From Neoconidiobolus thromboides FSU 785 (taxonomy: Eukaryota; Fungi; Entomophthoromycota): a DNA stretch of 64,000 bases. The stretch spans positions 1 to 64,000 of the forward strand of contig MU626314.1 in the NCBI GenBank assembly GCA_025603075.1, given 5' to 3'. This document shows positions 50,701-64,000 of the stretch, one piece after another. Numbering within the stretch: position 1 is the first letter of the stretch; every line of letters begins with the position of its first letter. The translations under genes and the position numbers were made by a program. The notes below the pieces were generated by a model, which did no database searches, was not told the DNA's origin, and was given only the letters and a program-made list of their open reading frames with translations.

Positions 50701-53700
50701 AGAATCTCAACAAGAGTTAAGTTCCCAAAATATCTATTTTAAAAGGGAACTGAAGGCTCGCCAAGACCGTATTGATTCATTGGTAATATAATTATAATAT
50801 GGATTTTATAATTTTATTTAGTTTAAATAGAATTCGGAAATTGCTTCTATCCGTGCAGAGTTATCAGTATCTAATAGTAATTTAACACACTCAAAAGAGC
50901 GTATAAAGAGTCTTGAAGAAGATAAAGTAAGGCTTGAAGCACTTATTCAATCGTCTTCCAGTTCAGATATTATCACTGAAGAACTTAGCAAACTTCGGTA
51001 TTATTATTTTTGATCTTATTTTATAAAATATTAATTTTCAATTAGCAATGACCTTTCAAACGCGGAAAAAGAACTCCTTCAAAGTAAAACACATCAATCA
51101 GAGCTCCAGAGCTTTGCAAAGGCTAGCGAGGAAGCACTAAAAGCTTTAAGTCTTACTTATGAGGACTATAAAAAGAGTTCCGAAGAGCAAATGCGTATCA
51201 ATGAAAACAGTTATAAATCTCAAATAAATAAGTTAACTGAGATCGAAGAGCGCTTCAATAGCTTGAAAGATGAACATTCAAAATGTATCGATAAGGAAAA
51301 TGAAATGATTTCAGAATCTAAAAAGATCAAAGATGAGTTAAATTCTGAATTAAAGACATTAAAACGAGAGGTTTCTCATTTACAATCATTGCACCAAAAG
51401 AAAGATAAGCAAATAGAAAACCTCAAGACACAGCTTGATTTAAAGACTCAAAATTATGAATCGGAGTTAACCAACCACGCTGAAAAAATTAAGTCAAACC
51501 ATAAAACTAAAAAAGAGAATGAAAAACTACAAAAGGAGGTCCTAGAATTAAAGGTAACTCCTATAGGTTTTTAGTAATTTTATTTAAACGTATTATATAG
51601 ACAAAAGTTGAGCTGGCTAAAGCAGAAAACGATTCCATTGTATTTGATCTTAAGAGTCAAATTGAAACCAACAATTTAACTATTGCAGGATTGGAGCAGA
51701 GGTATGATTTATTGGAAATATTTTATAGTTTAATTAATGAAAATATAGGATTTCCCATCTTACAGCTACGAATGATACTCTTCTAGCTCAAATTGAAAAG
51801 GCTGAGGCAAAGGTTAACACATCTTTTATTTCTGTTATGTCAGAAGAAGAGAATTTAGCCAGTTCAGAGTCAAATACTGTAAATTATGACTTAATAAAGT
51901 ACTTCAAGAAAGAAAAGGAAGTTGTCCTTGCTAGAATTGAAGTTCTTGGAGCTGAAAATAGTCGCATTAAAAATGAGAGAGATAACATTCGTAAAGAATT
52001 AGACCATGTTCGTAATCTATTAAATAACGTATAGTCTTTATTTTTTAGTTAATTAGATAAATAATAATATTTTAGGATGCTAAGAGAGGGCAGGACATGA
52101 ATCAGATTTCTCATCTTAAACAGCAATTAGACGAGAAAATACTTCATTTGAAGCAATTAAACGAAAGTAATATCCATTTAAGACAAGATAATGATTCTCT
52201 TTTGAAGAAAAAGTCCAAACTTGAAGTAAAGCTTATTGATACTGAAAAGCGTTCGTTATCTGTAGATGGTAACTAAATTCAAATACAAAGTTATGTATTA
52301 ATTTTTTTTTATAGCTAAACTCCAAGAGGTTGAAAAAACAATCGAAGAGAAGGATAAACAGATTAGTGATCTTAAAAAAGATAACGAACATTGGATAAAT
52401 CGTGCACAACAAATACTTAATAGTGAGGTATCTTAATTTGATTTTTATTTTCCTTCCTTAACGTTATTTAGAGAGTCGACCCTGCAGATCATCAAAAAGT
52501 TAAAGATGAGCTAGATGCTGCAAACAAAGCTTTATCAGAATCAAAACATTCATTAGAAAAGCTAGACTTAACTGTTAAGGAGCTTGAAGAGGCGAGGAAT
52601 GAATTGAATTCAGTGTCTGTAGCTTTGAAAGAGGCTCAAATTTCTATAGAACAATATAAGCTGGATATCGAATCATTAAAAGCAAATAATAAAAACGAAT
52701 TAACTGATCTAAAGGAAAAGCTTAATAAGCAAGCTAAAATAATGGTTGCGTATAAAAAGAAGCTCCAACAAGTTCAAGCTAATAATGCTCAGCAAGGGGG
52801 TGCTAATAATGCTCAGCAAGGAGGAACGGAAGCATCAAATAAACTTCAAGATAATTACAATGCAGCGCAACAAGAAATTTCCCAGCTTAAGCAGCAAGTT
52901 AGTTCTAGCTCTTTAGAAGTTTCAAAACTTAATCAAGAGTTAGACCAAGTCAAAAAAGAAAGAGCCGAGATCATAACCCGTATCAAGAGTGGTGAAGATT
53001 CTAATCAAAATCAAGGAAATAATGAAAATTTAAAATCATCATTAGAGTCCAAAAATAAAGAGTTAGAAACACTAAACTCAACTATAAGAGTATTACAAGA
53101 GGACAAATCCGTCTTAGAATCTAAAGTTTCTTCGTTGGCGAATGATTCTAAGCTACTTTATGAAAGTATGCGTCTTCTTGTAATTCCAGAAGACAAGAAG
53201 AACGAAACCCCAAACAAGATCTCACAAATTATCAAACTCTATGGTAAATATAAAGTGATGGCAAACTCCCAACCTAAAGACAAGGCCCAGGGATCAACAG
53301 AAGTTAAGGGGGATAGCGTCAAAGGTAAAGCTCAGGGCACATCAGAAGTTAGGGAAGAAAACGACAAACAGGTCCAGGAGTTAGAAAAGGAAATCAGTTC
53401 TCTCAAAGAAGAGTTATCTCTAATAAGAACTAGTTACGACAAACTGGTTACTGATAATCAACTAACTAAAGAAAGTAATCACAAGTTGGCGCATGATATT
53501 GCTAGCCTTCAAACTGTCAATGGTAACCAACTTGAAGAGATTAATAGTTTAAAGGTAGAGCTTAGTGCCAAACTTGCTGAAATTAATTCCCTTTCTCAAG
53601 AAATAGAAAAAGTCACTGAGGAGAAACGGAAGGTAGTTTCAACCTTAGAAATGCGCGGCAAGGCACTCTCAACTAAGCATGTGAATCAATCCAAGAAATT

Positions 53701-54319
53701 ACAAGAAGAAATTTCAGAATTAAAGAATGAAGTGAGTAGATTAAATAATGAACTTAGTGGTTTTAAAGAACCAAACTCAAACCCAGTGGCCATTCCAAAT
53801 CCAAACATGGAATCAAATACATTTTCTGAGCAACTGGTGAATGAAAATATAAATGATAATGGATCAACCAACCTTCATAGGGAACAGCAATCAGAAAGTG
53901 ATAATGTAGACAAAGCTTTGGAAATAAGAAGTTCTACAATACTTCCTAGCTCAACAGATGAAATAATTAATCAAAACTCAGACATCCAAAGTACTCAAAC
54001 TGAAGATGCTCAAATTAGAAATAAAAGAAAATCTCCTGTTCCAGAAAATATCCCAGCCCCCGAAAGTGAAGTATTACATTTAAACAAAAAAGTAAAAGAG
54101 GCTGAAGTTAAGGATGACTCACTTGGAAATGATCCTCAAGCTGTATCAGAAAATAAAAATGAAGCATTAGGTAGTGAGCCTTTAGATGCCCCTGAACAAG
54201 GCACTAAGCCAGTTAATGAAAATGAAGAAGGAGATTTGGAAGTTGAAGGACTTTCGCCTTTACCTGAGAATTTAGACCTAGGAGATTTGTCAGATAATGA
54301 GCCTAACAATGAACAATAA
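47792..54319 (+). CDS. MLP1: TPR/Mlp1-like nuclear basket coiled-coil protein, paralog 1, multi-exon
   Basis: Long coiled coil; QKELDEKVKEFSNYRITK, TQNYESELTNHAE and DLIKYFKKEKEV match TPR/Mlp motifs; acidic tail with KRKSP..KKVKE NLS-like motif. Confidence 0.8.
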
Positions 54320-55082
54320 ATATTAAATGAGTTTGTTTCTTAAAAGTAAATTGATCAGATTGCTACGCAAATAAAAATATACTGTACTTAAAAATATTAA
54401 AATAGTTTATATTTATTTTACTATTGTTAAATTTAAATCTCTATTATATCAACTTCCAGCAGCTTAACTATTTACAAAGAATAATAATAAAAAGTTGTTT
54501 TTAAGATATAAAGTTGTCAACACATTTTAAGATTAAAAAATTTCATTTTCTATAGACGTGTTTTGGACTATTGAAATCAATATAAAATTATCAGTTTCAG
54601 CAAAAAATGCTATCAAAAATAACAGTAACAATAAATTTTGCTTGACTTGTAAAATTATACTATAACGATATAACAAATATAATCGTGATTTTATAAATTT
54701 TTTGAACATTTTTTTGTATTTATGTTAAACCATTAAAGATAATCTAACCTTAGGATCTTATAAGTAAAGTTTTTATACTTTTGACAGCAATCTAAGGCAA
54801 CTTTTAAAGGTTAAACAAAATTAAATCCTGCTATATCATATGAAGCAAACCATTATTATACTTAAAGGACAAGCTTAAACTTATATTCTTATAAAAATAA
54901 CAGGTTAAGTCTAGAGTTAATAAAGTTGCTACATTTGAGCGCTTCAGTTTAGCTATTGTTAGAACTAAGCTATGCATAGAATATTCCAAAATATTACCAT
55001 GATTTGCTTGAATGTAATGCGTAATTTCTAGTTGAATTGTAAAATTAGAATAATATTAGTTTTGAATTTCTATTTTTTTAAT

Positions 55083-58000
55083 ATGAATACAGACATACCA
55101 GAGGTCTCAATTCACACCGAACTTGGAGTTGATGAATCTGTCATTTTAAGTTTGAGGAAGAAATGCAAGCGTGATAAAAACTTAAGGCAATTATTCACTG
55201 CCATCGAACTTTTGTTTTCAGAAGAAGGATCTTATACTAAATTTAAAAGAGAGATCATCGAACTTAATAAACAACAATTAGAAAACAATCTGAAACATTG
55301 TAAGATTATATTTATGCACTGGTAATAGCTAACTTTCTTAGCACAAACTATTAAAACTTTTGAAAATCAAATTGATAAATTAAAATCCGAAAGAGATCTA
55401 TCAAAAATCAAAGAACAAGAAAACAAGGCCAATCTAAAAGGTATAAAAATATGTCTTTTATCATCAAGTTAAATTCACTTTTATACAAATAAAGAAATTG
55501 AAGACTTAAAGGGAAAACTAAAGGATGTAACAGAAAAATTCGTTGAATTCAAAAGCCATGGAGGGAAGGAAAGTTTAATAAGCACTTTGAATTCAAAGAT
55601 CTCAGAATTAGAAGCATCAAAACGTATTAATATATTGTATATAAAAAGAAGATACTAACTAATTGATAGTGACTGTAGAATCCCGTGAAAAAATGTTATT
55701 TGAAATTAGAAAGGAAAATTGTGATCTTAATACCAAAAATAACCAATTAGAGTCAACGCTATCTATTTTGAAAGTATTTTTTTGTGCTTTGATATCTTAA
55801 TCAAACTTACATCTACTTAGGGGAAAGAAAAAATCATGGATCAGAAAGTAATGTTCCATCAAGGACATTCTGATTATCTTCAAAAAGAGCTAGATAATAA
55901 AATTAATGAATTTTCTGAATATAGGGTTCAAAAGGTATATACTTAAACTCAATTTGTAGCTAACTAAAATATTATTAGTCAACTGAAATAACCATGCTAG
56001 GCAGTCAGAATGAAATGCTCCAAAAAAATATTCGGGATTTGATGTCAGATAAGGAAATTTTAAATACTAAGGTTGAAAAATTATCAGGCCAAGTCAAAGT
56101 GGAGGAAGAAAAGATTATGGAGCTAAACAAAGCAGCTAGTGAAAATGAAACAAATTATAAAAAAGATTTGAGCGAAAATTTGCTAATGTCAGACTTTTAC
56201 CAAACAAAAGCAAATAATGCTGACGAGAGAGTTCAAACTTTAGAAGAAAAGCTAGAGAAAGCCGAAACCGCATTAAGAGAGATTAAAAGCGAGAAAGAAG
56301 ATATTAAAGGTAGATATGAATTTAATGAAAAAGAGATGAAAGAAAAACTTTCAACTTTAGAAAGGCAAATCGAAGTATATGAAAACCACCATGAAGCCCT
56401 TGAGCAACTTGATCCTTCATCAGAGATTGGATCATTTAACTTGAATTTAGTAGATCCAAAATCTGGAAAGCCATACGTAAAAATGATTTCAGATTTTTAT
56501 ATACTCGAGAGCAAATTAAAATCTGAAGAAGAAAATTGTTTAAAGTTAAAAGAAATGTTAGACATTTTAGTCAAAGAATATGAATTAAAAGCCTTAGATT
56601 ATGAGAATGTTGAACGGTATTCTGAAGAGCTATTGATTAAGCTTGATCGAGCTTTAACCTCGGAGAAAAGAAGTACAGACCAATTGAAAGAGACATACCA
56701 GAAATATGAAGACTTAACAATGGAATGTATATATATAAAAGATAAAGTTGATAAGCTCGAAATTATTCGTCGATTTTATGAGAACCAGATTGAAGTTCTC
56801 AGTCAAAACACAAAAATTGATGAAAGCATTGGCGAACAGTATCATGCGAATACAACTTTACAGCCTGGAGATACAAACAGTAATGCTATTCGTCTATGGG
56901 GTGACAATGAAATGCAGAATGTTTTAGGAAACAATTTTAAATTGATACGCGGCGATGATGAAGTACAAGATAGAGGAACTAAGTGTGATAATAATTTGAC
57001 TGAAATGGTAAAACTTTCGATTCATTATTAAAACTGATAACTAATAGTTAGGAAATACAAAATATTTTGAAAATTAACCAAGAGTTAAAAATACAAGTAG
57101 CTAATGAGACACAGCGGTAATTTACATTATAAAGCATGATTTTATCTAATTCTTTATAGCTTAAGTGATGCGCAAAAAGAAATTAGAGAACTAAAAAAAG
57201 TTGCAAATAAAGATTATGACTCCTCGATTTGTAATGACATGGATGAAAGTGAGGACGAAAATGAAAATTTACAGATGGACGAGTCTAACCCTGAATTAAT
57301 TGACGTAAAATTAATATACTTTCAATTAATATAACGTATTTATATATTTAGGTTGATTTTAATAAATCAAAAAAAGCACATAATGAGAAGATAGAATTTT
57401 TAAACAAACAAATAGATAAAATGGCTGCAGAAATTAATATAAAAACCGAAAGTATAGCACATTTGGAAGCAAGTTTATTATTCGCGGAAGGTATATATTT
57501 ATTTTTAGATATAAATTGGTATTAATATTTTAGTTCAAAACAAAACGAAAGCTAGTCAGTACGAAACTATAATCGAAGAAGCTGCTGAGTTGAAAGTTAA
57601 AGTTGATAGTTTGAAAGATGAAGTTAAAGAAAAAGATGAAAGATATTACAAAGTAACCCATTTCCCCTTTATTTATTTGTTGTTATTTACTCCTTTAGCT
57701 CAATGAAAATTTTGATAAAATTAGGACTCAAATCGCAGGAGATAAAACCATGCTTTCAGAAAGCACAATTGAAATTGAGTTGTTAAAGGTCGCTAATTTT
57801 TTCTTTATTTTTTAATATTAAAGCCCGAATAGAAAGAGAAGCATAAAACTGAAACAGACTTGATGGAATTAAATAAAGAAAATATTGCGTTTCGTGATCG
57901 TATTGTAGAGTTACAACATAAATTGGAAACTTCCTTAAAAGATACAACTTTAGAGTTGAAACAAAAAGATGAACTAATTGATGCTCTTAAAAGAGAAAGG

Positions 58001-61000
58001 TAACATCATTGCAACCTTATAAAAACATCTAACTTTTATAAAGTGCTGAATTTAAAGGAATATCTGAAAAGTCCAAAAAAGACCTTTTATCTCAAAATGC
58101 ACGACTTGAAAGAGAAATCGATCTTTTTCAAGATCGTGTTAATTCATTGGTAAGTTTTATAAAGATTACTAGTTTGTTTATTTATTTTATGTAGAGCTTA
58201 GAAAAAACCTTGGTTGATGAAAAGCTTTTAGTTGCTGAAAGCGATTTAGCTAATCAGAAAAAGCTTATAAACTCATTAACTTTAGATAAGGAAAAAGTTG
58301 AACAGTTTATAAAATCTTTAAAGAGTACTGGATCAGTCAATGAAATTTTTTTAAGTTTACGGTATTTTTTTGTATTTTTTTGCATTTTTTATCAAATATT
58401 AACTTCAATCAAAGTAATGAATTAGCCGAAGCTAAAGACGAGCTTAAAAGGAGTCGTCAATATCAGTTAAATTTCCAAAACATCTCGAAAGCAAGTGAAG
58501 AGGCACTTGATAAATTATCAGTTGAATTCAAGGAGTATAAATTATCTCAAGAAAATGAGTCAAATAATCGTGATCAAAGTTTTAAACAGCAATTAGAAAG
58601 TTATCAACAGCTAGAAGATCAGTTCAATAAACTAAAAAAAACACATTTGGAATGTCTTGAAAGGGAGGAAAGTCTAGCCAGTGAAATCAATAGAATAAGC
58701 TCCCAATTGACATCAAGTACACTTGATTATCAAGAAAAGGTCAAGGAACTTGAGCTCCTTCGAGGGGAGAAAAACTCTGATTTTGATCATTACCAGAGCG
58801 AAATCCAATTAATTAATCAAAGAATTGAAGAGGAAAGGTCAAAGCATAGTCAAGAAATTAACTCAATATTGTCACTTAAAGAAAAAAATGAAGATCTAAT
58901 AAAAGGAATATCAGATGCTAAGGTAAAATCTAAATATACTATTTACTTTGTTCTAATTTTTATTTAGTCACAACTTGAGATAAAGGATAGTAAACATCAA
59001 GAATTTATTGACAGTTTCAAGAAAGAGCAAGATGATCTATATAAAAAACTTCAGGAAGTAACTTTAAAGTAAGAGGCTTGAATTTTTGTAAATACATACT
59101 AATTCAATTATAGCTATAATACATTAATCAATATAAACGAATCACTTTTGAAACAACGTGAAAAATCAAATTTAACTATAAAAAGCGTGCATTCGCCCAC
59201 TAGTTCTGCAGTAGCCACAGATGCAAAAACGCCTGATGCTGACCAATTAAATTATGACATCATACATCATCTAAGGAGAGAAAAAGAGTTTGCTCTTGCC
59301 AAAAATGAATCCCTTGAGGCCGAAATTAATCGTATTAAAATAGAAAAATCTAATGCTTTAAGAGATTTAGAGTTAACACGTGCATCAATTAATAATGTAC
59401 TTTAATATGTATACATTATACCAAATACTAACTAAAATATAGGATGGTAGCAAAGGGCAAGACTCTTCAAGGTCTTCGTCTATTAGTCAACAATTAGATG
59501 ATAAAATTAAGCAAATTAATCAATTGAATGAAAAAGAAATACACTTAAAGCTTGAAAACCAAAAACTATTGGATGACAAAACAGAATTAGGTTTGAAACT
59601 TCAAGAGTGTAAAAATCGTTGTTCTGATATATCAGGTATTTAGAATTAAAATTTTATTGACCTTTATCAACTTAATTTAATTATAGTTGAACTCCAAAAG
59701 GCCAAGCAATTATTAGAAAATAAGAATGAAAAGATCAAGAACCTTGAGCAAGATAATGAGCGTTGGATCAATCGTGCTCAGCAAATTCTTAACAGTGAGG
59801 TATTTGTCAATAGCTATATTTGTAATTTTATACTTTAACTTTTTAAAGAGGGTCGATCCATCAGAACATGAAAGGCTCAAAGAAAAACTGGAGGTTACAA
59901 ACAAGGCATTAGATGATGCAGAAGGGTCTTTAAAGGGTTTGGATGATCTTAAGAAGCAACTTGAAGAATCTAAAGCTGCCCTAGATTTAAAAAACAGTGA
60001 AATTGCTGATCTTGAAAATAAAGTAGAAAGCCAAAGCAAAATGATAACAAAATATACAACTATATTGACAAGGCTTAGACAACAGAAAAAGCAACTAGGT
60101 CAAGGGATCGCTAAGCAGGAGGAACTCGAAGATTCTAATAGTCAACAGCTTCAATCCACTGACCTTGCTAATCCTGTTGATCCTGAAACGACCTTGCTCA
60201 AAAATACGGTCAATAGTCTAAAACAAGCTAGAATTCGCGACGCACAAATACATAGGAGTCAACAAGATAAGTTGAATCAGGCCAAATCAGTGGAAATTAA
60301 AAAACTCAAAGATGATTTGGAGCAGCTCAGGAAAGAAAAGAATGAATCTGAGGCCAAACTCAAAGAATTAGAAATGAATGGACAAGCCATTGAATCATCA
60401 AAAGATACTATACTTTCATTGGAAGCTAAAATTAAAGACTTGGAATCACAAGTTTCTGCTTATGGTGCCATTGATAAAGAAAAGGCTGGAAACGAAATTG
60501 ACAATAAAATTTTTGCTGATGTGATGCGCCTCTTAAATATTACCAAAGGTGGGAAGGAATCAATACCTGGTAAAATAGCATATCTGATAAAACTTTTCAA
60601 TAAGTATAAAAAAGATAGTAGTAATTTAGAAAGTTCAAATGCATCCAATGATAAAATAGTAAGGGAAAATTTGTTACTTAAAGAGGAGCTTTCAAACATA
60701 AAAGCTGAACTCGAAAATATGAAAAATAGGTTCAATAACCTCCAATCAGATAAAGAAAAGTTACTAAGAGAGATAAATGATCTAAAGGCAGCCCTTGATG
60801 CTAAGATCATGGAACTGGATACTATTATGAAGGAAAAGGAGCAGATATCAGAAAACTTGAAAGAACAAAATAAGGTAACTTACAATGATTATAAAAACCA
60901 AATCAATAGGTATGAGCAAGAAATTTTACAGTTAAAATCCGAAATTAAAACGTTGAAATCGGATACTTTGAACGGTAAAACTAAGGATATTAACCCTCCT

Positions 61001-61501
61001 ATCCTTCTTCAAGAGTCTGTTGATTTAGAGAAACATCATGAGTCAAAGCCACAACTAAGTCAACACCAACATTTAACAAGTATACCAATTCAAAGAGGTG
61101 AATCAACCCCAGCCCAAATTTCGGATTTACCAACTAGTAGTAATACTTTTGTGCTTAGTCCAATCTTTAATAGCTCTAAGAAAAAAATGGAAAGAATCCC
61201 TGATATTGAAATAACCCAAAATGATAACAATCAAATTGGAGATAAAAGAAAATCGCCATCCGCTGATGATAACAATACCCCTGAAATTTTCTCACGTACT
61301 AACAAAAAAACAAAGGAGGATATTGAGCTAAACAATGATGATCAAGCAAAATTAGAAGACTCTACTGAAATTATTAATAGTGATATTGAGGATACCAATG
61401 CACCAATTAGTGAAAGTGACTCTGAAGATGTAGGGCTTTCTCCTATACCTGGAAATTTGGACTTAGATGAGCTGTTGGAGGATGAACCAACAAACACTTA
61501 G
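55083..61501 (+). CDS. TPR/Mlp-like coiled-coil protein, tandem paralog 2, multi-exon
   Basis: Collinear with paralog 1 (KKCKRDKNLRQL vs KKSKRDKDVNQL; IIHHLRREKEF; ERWINRAQQILNSE); matching intron positions; ATG at 55083. Confidence 0.8.
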
Positions 61502-61972
61502 TTTTTAGGGGCCTTTATTAAAGCAAAGATATCCAAGTATTTTATTAAATATTTTAATTATAAAAATTATACTTTGAGTTTGAATTTTCACTTGTATAGC
61601 ATTGGGACCATAAGCTTTTATTTACTAAAAAAACTAAAGTTTTAAATATGAACAATTCAATAGAAATATTGAAATGTGTTAACAATAGTAAAACAATAGT
61701 TGATAGATTAATTGCAACTTTTAAATGAAATAAAGATAGCCAAATACTATCAAAGTATTGCTTTTGATAAAAAATTTAATTCGTTAAGTTTTAAAATTAA
61801 CCAAATTGAACATTCTGAAAATAAATAATATTAACCCTATTTTCAATTTTTATAAACATTGGTTTTTAAAATAAAATTAATAATCTAATCACAAAAACCT
61901 CATTTTAAATGCTAATAAAATTTCAAAATTTCATTTAATTTAAAATACAAAGCTCCCAAAATTTACTAAAAT

Positions 61973-64000
61973 TTAAGTCCATCTAAAAATAATAAATATT
62001 TATCATTGTAAATTTGAATATAACTTACATTCTTATAGTAGCATCATCACTAGCAGAAGCAAACATATTTCCATGAGCTTTATTCCAGCATACTACATTA
62101 ACCATTTTTGAGTGGCCCTTTAAAACGTGAGCTGCTTCTTCTTCATTAACAGTCCATACATAAATATTATTATCTAGTTTATATTAAATCAAGTACAAAA
62201 ATAAACTATTTAAACTAACCTTCACTTCCAGAAAGAACATAATCTCCCTTTGCTCCACCAAAACAGGATCGAATAACATACCTGGTTTGAGCATGTCCAG
62301 TATATCTTTGGATTATTTTATTTTGATCTAAACTCCAAAGATTTAAAAGCTAACAAAAATATATCATATTATTTTAAATAAATTGATATCGATTTACCCC
62401 AGAATCCTTGCGGCTAAATAAAATAAATTCTTCATCATTTGAAAGTGAAATGGAGATAGCATCTTCATCAATTACTCTAAAAATTATTAAATAATTTAAA
62501 ATAGTTATCATTGCTTACTTTATAACTTTTTTAGTTGAAAAATCAAAAATTTTAATTTGATTGTTAGATGTAACAACCATTTTTGAGCTATCTTTAGTTA
62601 GCAAAATATTTGTAACAATTAAATCATCCCAAGTGTATTGTATAGTACCATTGACGTCCTAATAGAAAATTAATAATATGATATTTTACTAGAATAAATT
62701 CAAACCCATAGATAAGTTTTTTTATCGCCACTTGAAGTTATAAAGGAGTGCGAATTAGGGACCCAAACACATGCTGAAATTATTTTTTTATGTTTGTCAA
62801 TAACTTTTAGTAATCTTCCAGACTAAATGATTGTGTCAGTAAAAAAATAAAAATAAAGATAAAATAATAGCAATTACCCTGGCTTCCCAAACCATTGCCT
62901 TGAAATCACTCCCACATGTTAAAATATATTTATCATCAAATGACCAACAAATTAAAGAAACGGAACCTTTGTGTCCTTGTAGAGTATGAATTGTTTTACT
63001 TTCCTTTTAATATTTAGTAAAGTTCATTTCATATCTTTAAAATTACCTCTAAACTCCAAATATTAGCATAGCTATCTTTCGATGCCGAAGCTAAATACTT
63101 TCCATTATTAGAAAATTCAATATGCCAAATCTCATCATCGTGATCATTTATAACCATCGTCTCTTGCAATGGAAATTTTTCGCTTTTAATATTTAATATT
63201 TGATATTCAATGTCTTATCTCATAATAATAATAATAAAAGCTACCTTCCACAACGATGATCACTAAACAAAGAATCACTTGGCTCAGGATTATTATGGTA
63301 GAAACAACTTCGTCTTTGATATCTTACTGCTTGGTTTAAAAGAGTCATTAAACGGTCCCTTGGAATCATCACTGACGCAGGAATATATTCTAGAAGAGCC
63401 TTAGTAAAGACAATGTGTTATTTGAATAATATTACGTTGAATGTCTTCAAGAAGTAAATATCTGGATTGTCCTTCGCTCCCATCCCAATCGGCTTTACTT
63501 TTAATTTTTGAGATATTTTTACAAAAGAGAAGACTAATCAATTAGTTAAGCTTATTTTACTAATTAATATAAATACCTTGCTAAAAGATGAAGTCGATCG
63601 ATATTTATTTCCAATGGAGCAAGCTCATGTTGCAATATATGTACTGCATCTGTGTATTCTCTTTTCTCTAAAAGCTCTAAAAACTTTTGCTGCCTAATAT
63701 AAAACTAAAAAATAAATGACTATATAAAGAAATAGCAATTAGTAGCATACTATGATAGCTTGAACATCATCAACTTCAACCTCTACGATCAAATTTTCCG
63801 CTTCATCCCATTGTCCATTTAAAACACAGTTTCTTATTTGTGCTATCACATCTGATTCTAACGCGATACCAGTTTCTTGTTCTAACTTTTCAGCCGATTC
63901 TCTAAATATGTTAATATAAAATATTAAAATAAAAATGCAATTACAAAAGTCCAGCGTTTGTGAGATATTGGTTAATCAATCTTATTATTTGATTGTTATC
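61973..64000 (-). CDS. WDR26: WDR26/Gid7-like CTLH + WD40 protein (5' end lies beyond the window)
   Basis: QQKFLELLEK (CTLH); PRDRLMTLLNQAVRYQRRSCFYHNN; DHDDEIWHIEFSNNGKYLASASKD; FASASDDATIRIW at the C-terminus. Confidence 0.85.

Noticed and set aside
4932-60810. Antisense or alternate-frame ORFs in the track (4932, 9144, 9148, 19196, 22243, 35248, 43636, 44203, 46705, 53686, 59713, 60460)
   Set aside because: They are shadows of real genes on the other strand or frame, with no recognisable motifs.

Overview
Very AT-rich eukaryotic DNA with short GT-AG introns and the standard genetic code. The gene set is fungal and looks like an early-diverging lineage; an Entomophthorales/Conidiobolus-like source is my inference and was not verified. 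The window has two parts. (1) About 1-35 kb is gene-sparse and repeat-rich. It holds three paralogous intronless genes that each encode a FAR1/AFT-like WRKY-GCM1 zinc finger plus a low-complexity tail, and all three share an oriented GATCGATT motif upstream. It also holds three ~463-bp solo LTRs (TGTGAAA...TTTCACA, one with a 5-bp TSD), about 12 copies of a ~105-bp hairpin MITE flanked by ATAT, a small secreted protein, an OSBP, a degenerate DPBB/expansin-like secreted protein, QNS1, RVS167 and a degenerate BEM1-like scaffold. (2) About 35-64 kb is compact and I saw no TEs there. It holds a PPR protein, an ABCD4-like transporter, TVP38, a Rib2-type deaminase, a pseudogene, AIM19, PEX11, HSDL2, two tandem TPR/Mlp paralogs and a 5'-truncated WDR26/GID7. 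I found no rRNA, tRNA or CRISPR. The best candidate for an undescribed system is the co-regulated three-gene cluster of probably transposase-derived transcription factors. All protein assignments come from motif recognition by eye. Gene boundaries were extended across introns manually, so exact splice sites are approximate.
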